This document shows positions 37,336-47,197 of a stretch of DNA of 63,339 nt, in pieces. The notes below the pieces were generated by a model. It saw only the letters and a program-made list of their open reading frames with translations, did not search any database and was not told the origin of the DNA. Position numbers and translations under genes: made by a program. Source of the stretch: Actinomycetota bacterium (GTDB taxonomy: Bacteria; Actinomycetota; Geothermincolia; Fen-727; Anoxymicrobiaceae); assembly GCA_020062425.1 (NCBI GenBank), contig JAGUWJ010000010.1, forward strand, positions 1 to 63,339, written 5' to 3'. Every line of letters begins with the position of its first letter. Positions within the stretch are counted from its first letter, which is position 1.

Positions 37336-37542
37336 ACCCGGTCCAACCACGTTATTTACCCCGGTTTCCTTCGGGAAACAGCTTCCTATGCTTAATGAGG
37401 CTGCACGAAAGGTCGAAGCAACTAGAGGTTGGAATGATTGGATGAATGATGATTCCTGTGGCTGGGAGATCTCGATCTGAGTTGGTTTACGGCATTTCTG
37501 TCTGCCCGAAACCCCACCCAGGACCATAAAGGGGGTACCGTC

Positions 37543-39492
37543 ATGAGAGGCAATCATCCCGGGAGGAAAACAGTTGCGAGGACCGTTGTCGGCGTCGTCG
37601 TCGCGTTGTTCTTGACGGTTCTTTTCACGAGCGGGGCTATGGCCGTGACGCCTGTTACGGAGCCGGACCCGCAGTCTATTACCCCGGACCAGGGTGCCAG
37701 GGGCACCACTGTTAACCCCACCATTACCGGAGTCAGCCTGGGCCTAGTGAACAATGTGTACCTGTCCAGGTCCGGCGAGACCGATATCAAAGCCGAGGCG
37801 GGCAGCGTCACCGCTTCCGGTACCCAGGTCTCCTTCACGCTGGAGATACCGGCGGGCGCCGCACTTGGTGACTGGGACGTGGAAGTATGGGAACCCGCGG
37901 CGGGTATTCCTTTCGGGACGAACATCGACGATTACCACGGTATTATCTACGACGGCTTCACCATCACCCAATCCGCTTCGCCCAACGCTCCGGTGATAAC
38001 CTCGATATCGCCTGCAAGAGGCGCGGTGGGGACGGGCGTTCTGATAAGCGGCAAGAACTTCGGGTCATCCCGGGGGAACTCTTACGTGAACTTCGGCTCC
38101 TCCAAAGCTTCGAGCTATGCCTCCTGGAGCAGTTCTCAGATAAGCTGCACGGTACCCGTGCTTGACACCGGGCCTGTCAGCGTGACCGTCACAACGAAGT
38201 ACGGAACCTCGAATTCAAAGACGTTCACGATTACCTTTCCTATCTGGTACCTGGCGGAGGGATCGACCGCCTGGGGATACTCGGCCTACATATCGATCGA
38301 GAATCCCAACGACGAGGCGGTCACCGCCAAGGTTACGTATATGACAGAAAGCGGGCCGGAGGAAAGGCCTGACGTCCAGCTTTCCCCGATGTCTCAGGCG
38401 ACTCTAAACCCCGAATCGGACATCGGACAGAAGAACTTCTCCACGATGGTCGAGTGCCGTGAGGGGAAGACTATTGCGGTTGACCGCACCATGTACTGGA
38501 CCGGCGAGGGTGCCGCGAGCCAGGAAGGGCACTGCTCCGTGGGAGTCCCGGCCCCCGACACGACCTGGTACCTCGCTGAGGGCTCATCCGAGTGGGGATT
38601 CGATTGCTGGCTGCTGATTCAGAACCCTAACGACGAAGAGGCCACGTGCCAGGTGACCTATATGATAGAAGGGTCCGCTCCGGTGACCCTGGAGAAGAAG
38701 GTTCCGGGGAATTCTCGCAAGACCTACAATATGGAGACGGATATCGGCAAGAGGGACGCGTCCATAAAGGTAGAGTCCGACATCCCGGTCATCCCCGAGC
38801 GTGCCATGTACAGGAACAGCCGCAGGGAAGGTCACGACTCCATCGGGACCATTTCGCCAGCGTTGGAGTACTACCTTGCCGAGGGGACTACGGCGTACGG
38901 GTTCACCACCTATATCCTCATACAGAACCCGAACGACAGCGAGACCGAGGTTAACCTGACCTACATGACTACCCAGGGCGAAGTGCAGCACCCTGAAAAC
39001 CCGATACGCATGCCGGCCAACTCGAGGAAAACCGTGAGGGTCAACGATTTCATGCCGGGCAAGGACTTCTCGACAAGGGTAGTCGGCTCGCAGGTTATCA
39101 TCGCCGAGCGCGCGATGTATTGGGACGCCGGACTCGGTGAGGCATGTCACGACTCGATCGGGGTCAGCGAAGGACACAAGACCTTCTATCTGCCCGACGG
39201 GCAGACGTCGGACGGTCGTGAGACCTATACCCTGGTCCAGAACCCCAACGGAGAGGCTGTGACGGTCGAGGTGACTTACCTCACACCGGACGGAACGGCG
39301 AACGTGACTTTCGAGGACACGGTCGCTGCGAACTCGCGTCAGACCTATGTCATGGCGGACAAGATCCTCGACGGCAGGGCTTCGGTGATGGTCACCAGCA
39401 AGACCGCGGGGAAAGACATTATTGTCGAGCGAGCAATGTACTGGAACGCCAGGGGCGCCGGCACAGGTACGCTGGGCGGCTTTGAGGACTGA
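37543..39492 (+). CDS. Secreted protein: signal peptide, two IPT/TIG-like domains, four WY(L/F)AEG-type repeats
   Basis: Repeats start at aa 235, 342, 444 and 548 (WYLAEGSTAWGY, WYLAEGSSEWGF, YYLAEGTTAYGF, FYLPDGQTSDGR). Each ends in (D/E)R(A/T)MYW. Confidence 0.85.
   Translation: MRGNHPGRKTVARTVVGVVVALFLTVLFTSGAMAVTPVTEPDPQSITPDQGARGTTVNPTITGVSLGLVNNVYLSRSGETDIKAEAGSVTASGTQVSFTLEIPAGAALGDWDVEVWEPAAGIPFGTNIDDYHGIIYDGFTITQSASPNAPVITSISPARGAVGTGVLISGKNFGSSRGNSYVNFGSSKASSYASWSSSQISCTVPVLDTGPVSVTVTTKYGTSNSKTFTITFPIWYLAEGSTAWGYSAYISIENPNDEAVTAKVTYMTESGPEERPDVQLSPMSQATLNPESDIGQKNFSTMVECREGKTIAVDRTMYWTGEGAASQEGHCSVGVPAPDTTWYLAEGSSEWGFDCWLLIQNPNDEEATCQVTYMIEGSAPVTLEKKVPGNSRKTYNMETDIGKRDASIKVESDIPVIPERAMYRNSRREGHDSIGTISPALEYYLAEGTTAYGFTTYILIQNPNDSETEVNLTYMTTQGEVQHPENPIRMPANSRKTVRVNDFMPGKDFSTRVVGSQVIIAERAMYWDAGLGEACHDSIGVSEGHKTFYLPDGQTSDGRETYTLVQNPNGEAVTVEVTYLTPDGTANVTFEDTVAANSRQTYVMADKILDGRASVMVTSKTAGKDIIVERAMYWNARGAGTGTLGGFED
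38239..39450 (+). repeat. Array of four ~105 aa protein-coding repeats (FAEG-type module)
   Basis: Periodicity counted by hand on the translation. Confidence 0.8.
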
Positions 39493-39515
39493 TCTTCTGG
39501 CGAGCGGTCAGGTCG

Positions 39516-40592
39516 TCATAAGATCCTGACCGCGCCGGAGAGGTCGTTTCGCTCGGACAGCGACGATATCCTCACTACGTCACCGGAGTGGGGCGCATGT
39601 ATGTACTGACCCTGCCCGATGTAGATGCCGACGTGTCCCCACCCGTGGAAGCCGACGATGTCACCGGGCTTCAGCTCGCCCGGGGTGACCGGGGTGCCGC
39701 ACCTCGCCTGTGCGTAGGAGCTATGCGGGAGCGCTACGCCCGCGGCAGTCCCGTAGCAGTACTGGGTGAGCCCGGAGCAGTCGAAAGAAGATGGGCCGGA
39801 CCCGGCGCTAACGTACGGTTTCCCGAGCTGCATGTGCGCTAACGCTACGACCTTCTCTTTCGAGTCCTTCGGGCCGGGCTTCCCGTAGGCGGCGGCCGCG
39901 GCGATGGGCCTGTCGGATTCTACCGTGGTGTTGATATCGAATCCGGTGATGTACGCGCCCGCGTTCACCGAGAGCCTGCTCTGTCCCTTGATCTCGAGGG
40001 CTGTTCCGGCGGGGGCGCCGAGGTCCGAGCTGAAAGCTACGTTTACCCGCGCGGGTCTCTTGCTGGGATTGTGGAGAAGGACCCACGTCTCGCACCCTTC
40101 TCCTGCTGTAGAGCCACCGGTGAAGCGCCAGCTCGAGCCTGTCCGGGCGGTGCCGGGCGAGGCCCGGTCCAGGCCGCGGGCCGGGTTCTTCACCCTGGTC
40201 CAGGCGTATACAGCCTGGTCGGACTTGAGGGCAACCGCGACGTCGAAGCTCTCGACCTGTCCTCCCACGTTCACGCAGGCCATGCTGGAGGCTTGGACTT
40301 GCGCGCTGAGGGCTCCGGCCTCGCCTCCGCTGGTGTGGAAGGCCAGAGAGACGGTTGCTTCTTCCGAGCCGGGGTTCTCGAGCATTACCCAGGTCTCGAA
40401 CCCTCCGGCGGTGGCGCTGTCCGGCAGGTACCAGGTCTTCCTAGGGCTTCCCGAACTCGAATCCAGCCCCGATACGTCAGCCGATGCGCGAGCGACCGGA
40501 ACTGCGGCCATCAGTATCGAGAAGAGCGCTAGAACAGCAGGGATTATCACCATACGTTTTAGCTTCACTTTTCTGGGCGTCTTCGTTTTCAT
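39516..40592 (-). CDS. Secreted NlpC/P60 (C40) peptidase with two degenerate FAEG-type repeats
   Basis: Signal peptide; WYLPDSATAGGFETWVMLENPG and WRFTGGSTAGEGCETWVLLHNPS repeat heads; catalytic FDCSGLTQY and GHVGIYIG blocks. ATG 40592 follows AAGGAGA. Confidence 0.85.
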   Translation of the reverse strand: MKTKTPRKVKLKRMVIIPAVLALFSILMAAVPVARASADVSGLDSSSGSPRKTWYLPDSATAGGFETWVMLENPGSEEATVSLAFHTSGGEAGALSAQVQASSMACVNVGGQVESFDVAVALKSDQAVYAWTRVKNPARGLDRASPGTARTGSSWRFTGGSTAGEGCETWVLLHNPSKRPARVNVAFSSDLGAPAGTALEIKGQSRLSVNAGAYITGFDINTTVESDRPIAAAAAYGKPGPKDSKEKVVALAHMQLGKPYVSAGSGPSSFDCSGLTQYCYGTAAGVALPHSSYAQARCGTPVTPGELKPGDIVGFHGWGHVGIYIGQGQYIHAPHSGDVVRISSLSERNDLSGAVRIL

Positions 40593-41031
40593 TACACATC
40601 TCCTTAATGCATGAAGCCGTCCGCGCGGGCGCAGGCCGGCAACATCGCGCTCGGTTGAATGCCCCCGACTCGCCCGGAAACCGGGACAGGGCATGGTGAA
40701 AACAGGAAGAAATCACTGGAAAAATCGATGGGATTCTCCTTGAAGGGTTAAGAGACTAGAGTGTGCTGGACTTCGGTGGCGTTGGCTTGTGGATGCTCAA
40801 CACAAAGACCCGCACCGGTTCCGTTTTGCTCGACATATGCGCAAACGCTCTATTCATAATGTGCACTCTTCAGGGAGCAGGGCGTCTCGCTCGCGGCGCT
40901 CCAGCACTCCCGCCAGACCCTTTCCGTCGTGGCGAACCATTGACAACGACATAAAGATTCGCCCGTTTCGGGGTAAATACCTTCCCAAAGGTCGAGGAGT
41001 ATACAGCAGTTCGGCCGCGCGCGCAAACGAA

Positions 41032-41913
41032 TCACTCTAATGGGTTACCGTGCTGTATGAACTCGAGCATCTCGTTGACAGCCTCCGGAGAGGAAGCCCA
41101 GGGCGTTGGCTCGGTGGGGAACCAGTCGCGTTTCCTGAACTCCTCTTCTGGCCAGGGGAACGGCAGTTCGATTACCGTCCCGGGAGTATCGATGGTCTCC
41201 AGCGCATCCAGCATGCTCCGGAGTATCTCCAGGTGGGTGTCACCGTCTCCGGGGCGGCCCCAGATCATCCCGAAGGGGAACTCTATGGCGGCGGCGCGTG
41301 GCACTCCTATCTTCTCCGTCACGAAAGGCATGTTGGTGAGCGAGATGGTCACTAGGCCGCTCTTCTCGAGGACCCGCTGTACCAGCCCCACGGACTGGTT
41401 GCACAAGGGTCACCCGGACGAGAGGAGCACCACGTCCACGTCCATCTCGCGCAGACGGTCGGCCATGAGCGGCGCGGTCTCCCTGAGGAGGGTGCCGACC
41501 TTCGGCTGATAACCCATTATGGTCAGGTGTTTCTCCGATATCGCACCTATCCTGCCTTCGGCGAGTACCTGCTCAAGCGCGGCGAGCGGCATCATGCATC
41601 CGACGTCGTCCAGGACGTGATCGTTGCGGTAGTGAAGGTGCGCGGCGCGCAAGTCACCCTGTGAGATGTCACGAGGTATCTCGCGGAACGAGGGGTCGCC
41701 CCATAGGGGCTCCCGCCGCTCCCGGTCAAGGTCGAACGGTCGGTCACACTCCTGGTAGAGCCCTCCCGATGAGACCAACGCGACAGTGCACTCCTGGAGA
41801 GGTCTGCCGAGCGGAGTCCAGGGGATCTCCTCAGCGCTCATGTCGGTGTACGGCCAGACCTTGAGCGATTCCGCGAGTGTCCTTGGCATGAACTTGAAGC
41901 TGTCTACCGTCAT
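41032..41913 (-). CDS. GrdB-family (selenoprotein B-like) protein with an in-frame TGA, putative selenocysteine
   Basis: ORFs 41410-41973 and 41032-41406 are in the same frame, separated only by TGA (41410-41412). The joined sequence reads ...VVLLSSG-U-PLC-NQSVG..., a UxxC motif. ATG 41913 follows AGGAGG. Confidence 0.6.
41375..41403 (-). other. Candidate bacterial SECIS hairpin
   Basis: mRNA ACCAGUC-CGUGG-GGCUGGU (7 bp including one G:U pair, 5 nt loop containing GU) starts 11 nt after the UGA; 3 further base pairs lie below an internal loop. Confidence 0.4.
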
Positions 41914-42003
41914 CTGGTGACCTCCTTTGGCGGGACGACGACATTTTATCATCTGCTCGAACCCGTGTATCAACTTTCGTTCTCAACCCGTTTCACAAGC
42001 GGA

Positions 42004-43146
42004 ATGATAATGCCGATAGAGGTTGTGGAAGCAAAACCACTGGCTGGAGTGGCAATGAGCGACACGTTCGATGGGGCGGAGCCCGTCCGCATCTTGATCT
42101 TCGCTTTCGACCTGGAAGGCCGCCTGCTCGCCTGGAACGACCATGTGGTCCGGGTGACGGGTTACGCCGACCCGGAGTTGCGCGACATGAGTTTCACCGA
42201 CCTTCTGGCAGGAGGCGTCGAATCGATAGGCGAGGTCATCGCCAGCGGATCGGACGCGCGGGAGATCGCGTTGAGAGCGGAGCTGGTCCGCAAGGACGGG
42301 AGCAGGGAGCCTTACGAGTTCCAGGTGGGACCGCTCAGGGACCACGACGTTGTAACTCCGGGCATAACGGTCATAGGCACCGACATCAGCGTCCGCAGTG
42401 ACATGCTGGATGAGTTGACACAGACCCTGTCCGAGAAGGCGGAAGTCGAGGAGCACCTCGAGGAGCTGGAAAACCTCTTTGCCGTGGCCGCCCACGAGCT
42501 GCGCCACCCGGCTACCATATTCAAGGGTTACTCGACGCTGTTGCTCGACATGAAGGGGGATCCAGACCCGAAGGTCCTCGAGGAGGCCTTGCGCTCCATC
42601 GACTCCTCCGCGGACAGGCTCGTCCACATGGTGGAGGAACTCTTCGAGTCGGCGCTCATCGAGCGCCAGGAGATGGAGCTCGAGTACCGGGAGGTGTTCC
42701 CATCGTCGCTGATCGACTCAGCAATGGAGCGGGTGGTCACGCTGGGGTTCGACCTCAAGTACGCGGTGCGCCCGTTCGATGGTGAGCCGTCGAGGATGAC
42801 GGTCGACCCGGTCCGGCTGCAGGAGGTGCTGGCCATTCTTATCGAGAACGCGGCCAAGTACACTCCTGAGGGCGAAACGGTGGAGATCTGGTTCGAACAG
42901 GACGACGGGGGTACCGTGCTGACCGTCGCCGACAGGGGACCCGGCGTGCCGGAGAAGGACCGCGAGAGGATATTCGAGAGGTTTTACCAGGTCGAGGACG
43001 TCATGCACCACTCCAAACCTGGCATCGGCCTCGGCCTGCATATAGCGAGGTACATCGTCGACGCCCACGGCGGCTGGATCAAGATGGAGCCCAGGGACGG
43101 CGGCGGCACACTGTTCTCCTTCATGGTGCCCGTGAAACAACGCTAG
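42004..43146 (+). CDS. Cytoplasmic PAS-domain sensor histidine kinase, no adjacent response regulator
   Basis: H-box AAHELRHPAT, N-box ENAAKYT, G1 DRGPGVP, G2 GIGLGLHIA; no TM segment. The start could be 42004 or 42010. Confidence 0.8.
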   Translation: MIMPIEVVEAKPLAGVAMSDTFDGAEPVRILIFAFDLEGRLLAWNDHVVRVTGYADPELRDMSFTDLLAGGVESIGEVIASGSDAREIALRAELVRKDGSREPYEFQVGPLRDHDVVTPGITVIGTDISVRSDMLDELTQTLSEKAEVEEHLEELENLFAVAAHELRHPATIFKGYSTLLLDMKGDPDPKVLEEALRSIDSSADRLVHMVEELFESALIERQEMELEYREVFPSSLIDSAMERVVTLGFDLKYAVRPFDGEPSRMTVDPVRLQEVLAILIENAAKYTPEGETVEIWFEQDDGGTVLTVADRGPGVPEKDRERIFERFYQVEDVMHHSKPGIGLGLHIARYIVDAHGGWIKMEPRDGGGTLFSFMVPVKQR

Positions 43147-43224
43147 TGCAAAACGGGATCAAACCACTAGTATTCTAGATTGCAGCGATAGTTAGTCTGA
43201 TTCGTTTTCCGTATGGAGTGAAAT

Positions 43225-44448
43225 ATGGATATCACCAAAGTGCTTGTGGTCGGATCGGGGTACATGGGCAACGGCATCGCGCAGGCAGCGGCGCTTGCGG
43301 GCTATGACGTCACTATGTGCGATATCGCCTCAGAGCGATTGGAGGCGGGAATGCGCGAAATTGATAGCTCTCTGGAAAGACTTCTCCGCAAGGAGAGGAT
43401 AACCCCGGAGGCGCGCCGGGCCGCACTTCAGAACATCCGTACCGCGACCGGCCTCGATGGTGCGTCGGGCGCGGATATCGTGGTGGAAGCGGTGCCCGAG
43501 AACCTCGAGCTGAAGAAAGAGCTGTTCGCCGAGCTGGAGAACACCTGCCCTCCCCAGGCGATACTCGCCACCAATACTTCCGCCATTCCGATCACCGCCA
43601 TCGCGGCAGCGGTAGCGAGCCCGCAGCGTGTGGTGGGCACGCACTTCTTCGGCCCGGTCCCCATGATGCGACTCTGCGAGGTGATAAGCGGCCTTCTGAC
43701 CTCGGAGGAGACACTGGCCGCGGCTGCCGGGTGGGTGACTTCGCTGGGTAAGGAGGCGGTCCTGGTCAGGAAAGACCACACCGGCTTCGTGGCGAACCGG
43801 GTCATGATCCCCGCTTCGCTGGAGGTAGCGCGCATGGTAGAGGAGGGGATCGCGACGCCCCCGGAGATAGACCTCGCCATAACCATGGGAACGACAGTCG
43901 GACCCCTCGAGATAATGGACAACGCCGGGATAGAGGTCAGCGTGAACTCCGCCATGTCAATCTACAACGACACCCACGAGCCGAGGTTCTTCCCCCCTCC
44001 GCTCATGAGGAGGATGGTAGCCGCGGGCATGCTCGGAAGGAAGAGCGGCAGGGGGTTCTACGACTACTCCAGCGGAGGCAAGGCCGCGAATCCCGCCATA
44101 ACCTGCGGTGCTTCGCCCCGAGAGGAGTTGAGCGAGGAGGCGATGCGCGAGCGCAACGCTAGGATAGCCGCCCGGTTCATGTTCGCCTCCATGCTCGAGG
44201 CGGCGCGCGTGGTGGAGGCCGGCGTCGCGACGCCGGCGGACACCGACAGGGCGGTGAAACTGGGCTTCAACATGCCGGTGGGGCCGCTCGAGATAGCGGA
44301 CGGAATTGGGCTGGATGAGGTCGTGTCGCGGGCGGAATCGATCTATCGAGACACGCACGACGAGAAGTATCTTCCGCCCCGGATACTCCTCGAGATGGTC
44401 GCGCGCGGGCGCACCGGTAGTAGAGGTGTAGGGGGCTTCCACGAGTAG
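43225..44448 (+). CDS. 3-hydroxyacyl-CoA dehydrogenase (NAD-binding domain plus duplicated C-terminal domain)
   Basis: VLVVGSGYMGNGIAQ Rossmann motif, HFF.P block, and a second C-terminal-domain copy. Confidence 0.85.
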   Translation: MDITKVLVVGSGYMGNGIAQAAALAGYDVTMCDIASERLEAGMREIDSSLERLLRKERITPEARRAALQNIRTATGLDGASGADIVVEAVPENLELKKELFAELENTCPPQAILATNTSAIPITAIAAAVASPQRVVGTHFFGPVPMMRLCEVISGLLTSEETLAAAAGWVTSLGKEAVLVRKDHTGFVANRVMIPASLEVARMVEEGIATPPEIDLAITMGTTVGPLEIMDNAGIEVSVNSAMSIYNDTHEPRFFPPPLMRRMVAAGMLGRKSGRGFYDYSSGGKAANPAITCGASPREELSEEAMRERNARIAARFMFASMLEAARVVEAGVATPADTDRAVKLGFNMPVGPLEIADGIGLDEVVSRAESIYRDTHDEKYLPPRILLEMVARGRTGSRGVGGFHE

Positions 44449-44463
44449 ACCGCCTCGGGCGGC

Positions 44464-44916
44464 TCATTTCTTCTTCGCGGCGTACCAGTGGCGGGGCCCT
44501 TCATCCGCCCATTCGACCACGCCGACCTTCTTTATCTTGCGCAGGTTCTTCAGGTGGGCGTCGCCGTGGACGTGCTCCAGAAACTCAAGCTTCCTGCACT
44601 CAGGGAAATCGGCACATTCCCAGCAGCCCTCGAGCTCTTTCTTCAGTGCGCACTGCGCCACCTCGCAGAAGCGGGACCGCGAGCCGCCGCGGCAGCCCTT
44701 ACAACGGAGCTTTACCATGGCACCGAGGACCGCGTAACACTGAGGGTACTCCTGGAACTCCTTGAAAGGGATTATCTCGGCCACCTTATCGAACCGGGCG
44801 TCCCGGAGTTCCTTGCGCAGGTCGCGGGCGAGGTCCGGGATGGTGCCCTTTCCGAAAGAGCAGTCGCCGCAGTAGAGGCCGCAATAAGACGTCTTTCGGA
44901 GATGCTGGTCGCTCAA
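44464..44916 (-). CDS. Cys-rich DUF3795-like protein
   Basis: YCGLYCGDC...CKGCRGG...C..C...CWEC pattern. Confidence 0.65.
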   Translation of the reverse strand: MSDQHLRKTSYCGLYCGDCSFGKGTIPDLARDLRKELRDARFDKVAEIIPFKEFQEYPQCYAVLGAMVKLRCKGCRGGSRSRFCEVAQCALKKELEGCWECADFPECRKLEFLEHVHGDAHLKNLRKIKKVGVVEWADEGPRHWYAAKKK

Positions 44917-45072
44917 TTCCCGGCTCCCTTGTCAGTTCGCCCCCGACGGGGGTGCACGGACCGCCCCTCGAAAAGAGGAAGGTCGGGCCGGGAGCCCATG
45001 CCACCTGCCAGTATAGCAGTAGCAGGTATACCCGGCCCGGCCTCGGCCCTCGTCCCGCCTCCTGCCCCGCAC

Positions 45073-46938
45073 CTATGGGGTAGCGTTGGCTTTCACGAAA
45101 TCGATAAGCGGCCTTATCACCTCGTTGGGCCGGCGCGTCGATGTGTTAGCGGACGCCATCAGCACATCGAGGTGGTTGTACCCCTTTATGAATTCGAAGG
45201 TCCCCGGCACCAGCACTCCCATGATGGTGTCTTTCAGAACCCCCTGCTCCGCTACGAACTCGATCTGCGGCATAGCCGCCACCTTGTCCGCGTGCATCAC
45301 GTTGAGCCCGTACTCAGGCCCGAACGGCATCGAGCCGCCGATGAGGTCGATTATGAGCCTCATCGAGAAGTACCACTCGGTCAGGTTGAGCGGCCCCTTG
45401 TGCAGGGCACGGGCAACGTCCTTGATGTCACTGACCTCGTTGGTGGTCGTAGTATACGTGGTTGCCTGCTTCGTGTCCTTGAAGTAGGGATCAACGGCGG
45501 TCCCGACCTCGTCGAAGTCCACCCAGGAGTAGAGCGGGCCGGTCCCCAGCTTGGTGACCGGGCCGGCGTCGTTTGCGATGAAGTACGGGGGTTTGCCCAG
45601 TATGTTCGCGACGATCTGCGAGAGGCCTGGTACGGCATAGAGCAGGTCATTGGCGGGGAAGCTCTTCTTTACCACGGAGCCTCCCTGGAGGAACCCCATG
45701 CTGGTCTGGATCATGGATAGCGGCGTGAAGCTGTCGTCGAAGACCACGCCCAGGACCGCCTCGTTGGTGTACTTGAAATCCCGTATCTCGGGTCTGCCCG
45801 CGGAGAAAGTCTCCAGATCGACCGAGTGCAGGAACTTGAGCAGCGTCTTCAAGTTGTACGAGTAAGGGATCTCTTTGATGAGGTAGCATTCGTCGTCGGG
45901 GTAATAGTAGGCGGCGATGCTGAGCGCCTCCAGCAGGCCCATTGCTTCCGCGGTGAGCATAGGGATAGGCAGTATGACCGGGTTCACCCCTTTTCTCATA
46001 CCCGCCACCAGGCCCGAGTAGACAAAGTCCGTCATATTGGAGGCCTGGTCCCAGATGAACTTCGGGAGGAAACCGGCGTAGAGGTCCACAATCTCAGGGA
46101 TGGCCTTGACCGTGGTGTCCAGTCCGAAGAGCCCCGCGCAGTTGTTGTAGCCCGCGTCGTCGAGGGTCGCCGGGTCTCCGTCCTTGTCCCAGGCGGCGAA
46201 CATTGAGGTCATGATGCCGCCCAGCGAATGTCCTCCGACGAAAACCTTCTTCTTCCTGGTCTCCCGGTCGGGCACCATTGTCTCCATCACCGTGAAGACG
46301 TCCTCGGTGTCGAGCTCGAGGCCGAACTCGGAGAGGTAGGGTACCTGCTTGTCGGTGAGGAAGCCGTCGAACGTTCCCCCTCCGGGAGTGATCTCCTTTC
46401 CCAGGTAGTAGTAATCCACCGCAGCTTGAGCCGCCTCGTCCAGGGGCATGCCTGCCGCGACCTTGTCCTCGAGGTAGTTCGCTGCGGAGAGATCCTCGAT
46501 GCGGTTGTTCCGGCGCTCCACCGCCCAGCACTCGATGTTCTTGTTGTCTTTGACTTTTGCCTGGTAGACGAGGTTGCGCGCGATGTACTCGAAGCCGTTC
46601 GCGCCCTCGAGTATGCCGGGGAGCATGACCAGCATCGCGTCCGCCGCGTCGCTGTTCACACCTCCGTCATCCGCCAGCGTGCTGTTGTCCGCCGGCCGGA
46701 AGCGGAGGAAATGTATCTTGTCGCATTCAGCCGGGGCGCCCCATTCTGGAGGCAGGGGTGAGTCGATTATCTCTTCCTCCATGACCACGGCGGCATCGAC
46801 CTCCGCCTGGGAGTAGTCGCGTACGGCGCCGGTCGGCTGTCTAGCTTCCGGGACCGGCCCCCCCTGCTGGTAACACCCGGCGAGGACTACCAGCAGGATC
46901 AGGATCACAAGGGTCGCGATGATCTGTTTCTTTCCCAT
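45073..46938 (-). CDS. Secreted alpha/beta-hydrolase lipoprotein (lipase/esterase-like)
   Basis: Lipobox VLAGC; nucleophile elbow GGHSLGG. ATG 46938 follows GGGGGA. Confidence 0.75.
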   Translation of the reverse strand: MGKKQIIATLVILILLVVLAGCYQQGGPVPEARQPTGAVRDYSQAEVDAAVVMEEEIIDSPLPPEWGAPAECDKIHFLRFRPADNSTLADDGGVNSDAADAMLVMLPGILEGANGFEYIARNLVYQAKVKDNKNIECWAVERRNNRIEDLSAANYLEDKVAAGMPLDEAAQAAVDYYYLGKEITPGGGTFDGFLTDKQVPYLSEFGLELDTEDVFTVMETMVPDRETRKKKVFVGGHSLGGIMTSMFAAWDKDGDPATLDDAGYNNCAGLFGLDTTVKAIPEIVDLYAGFLPKFIWDQASNMTDFVYSGLVAGMRKGVNPVILPIPMLTAEAMGLLEALSIAAYYYPDDECYLIKEIPYSYNLKTLLKFLHSVDLETFSAGRPEIRDFKYTNEAVLGVVFDDSFTPLSMIQTSMGFLQGGSVVKKSFPANDLLYAVPGLSQIVANILGKPPYFIANDAGPVTKLGTGPLYSWVDFDEVGTAVDPYFKDTKQATTYTTTTNEVSDIKDVARALHKGPLNLTEWYFSMRLIIDLIGGSMPFGPEYGLNVMHADKVAAMPQIEFVAEQGVLKDTIMGVLVPGTFEFIKGYNHLDVLMASANTSTRRPNEVIRPLIDFVKANATP

Positions 46939-47197
46939 GGACGATTCCCCCAATCAATCGTTCCTCGGCACCTGCATCTGTAATGGACACGGCAAAGAGA
47001 TCATATCGTGTGATATTGCTGGCTGCCGATTCCCCCGGAGACACCCCCTTTGCCGTAGCAGCAAGCCGGCCGGCCCCGCTCGACGTCACTGCCGCACAAC
47101 AAGATAAGGTACGTGAAGCGGGTGCTTACCGTGAACATTATTGGCATAGATGTCATATGTCAATACTGCGAAATGGGGATTTTTCAGTCCAAGCCGC

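Noticed and set aside
37364-37379. GTTTCC-TTCG-GGAAAC hairpin after the sulfatase-like gene, as a possible intrinsic terminator
   Set aside because: The stem is only 6 bp and no T-tract follows, which is too weak to call.
41032-41913. Glycine, sarcosine, betaine or proline reductase operon
   Set aside because: Only the GrdB-like gene is present. No grdA, grdC, grdD, grdE, prdA or thioredoxin-system genes lie nearby.
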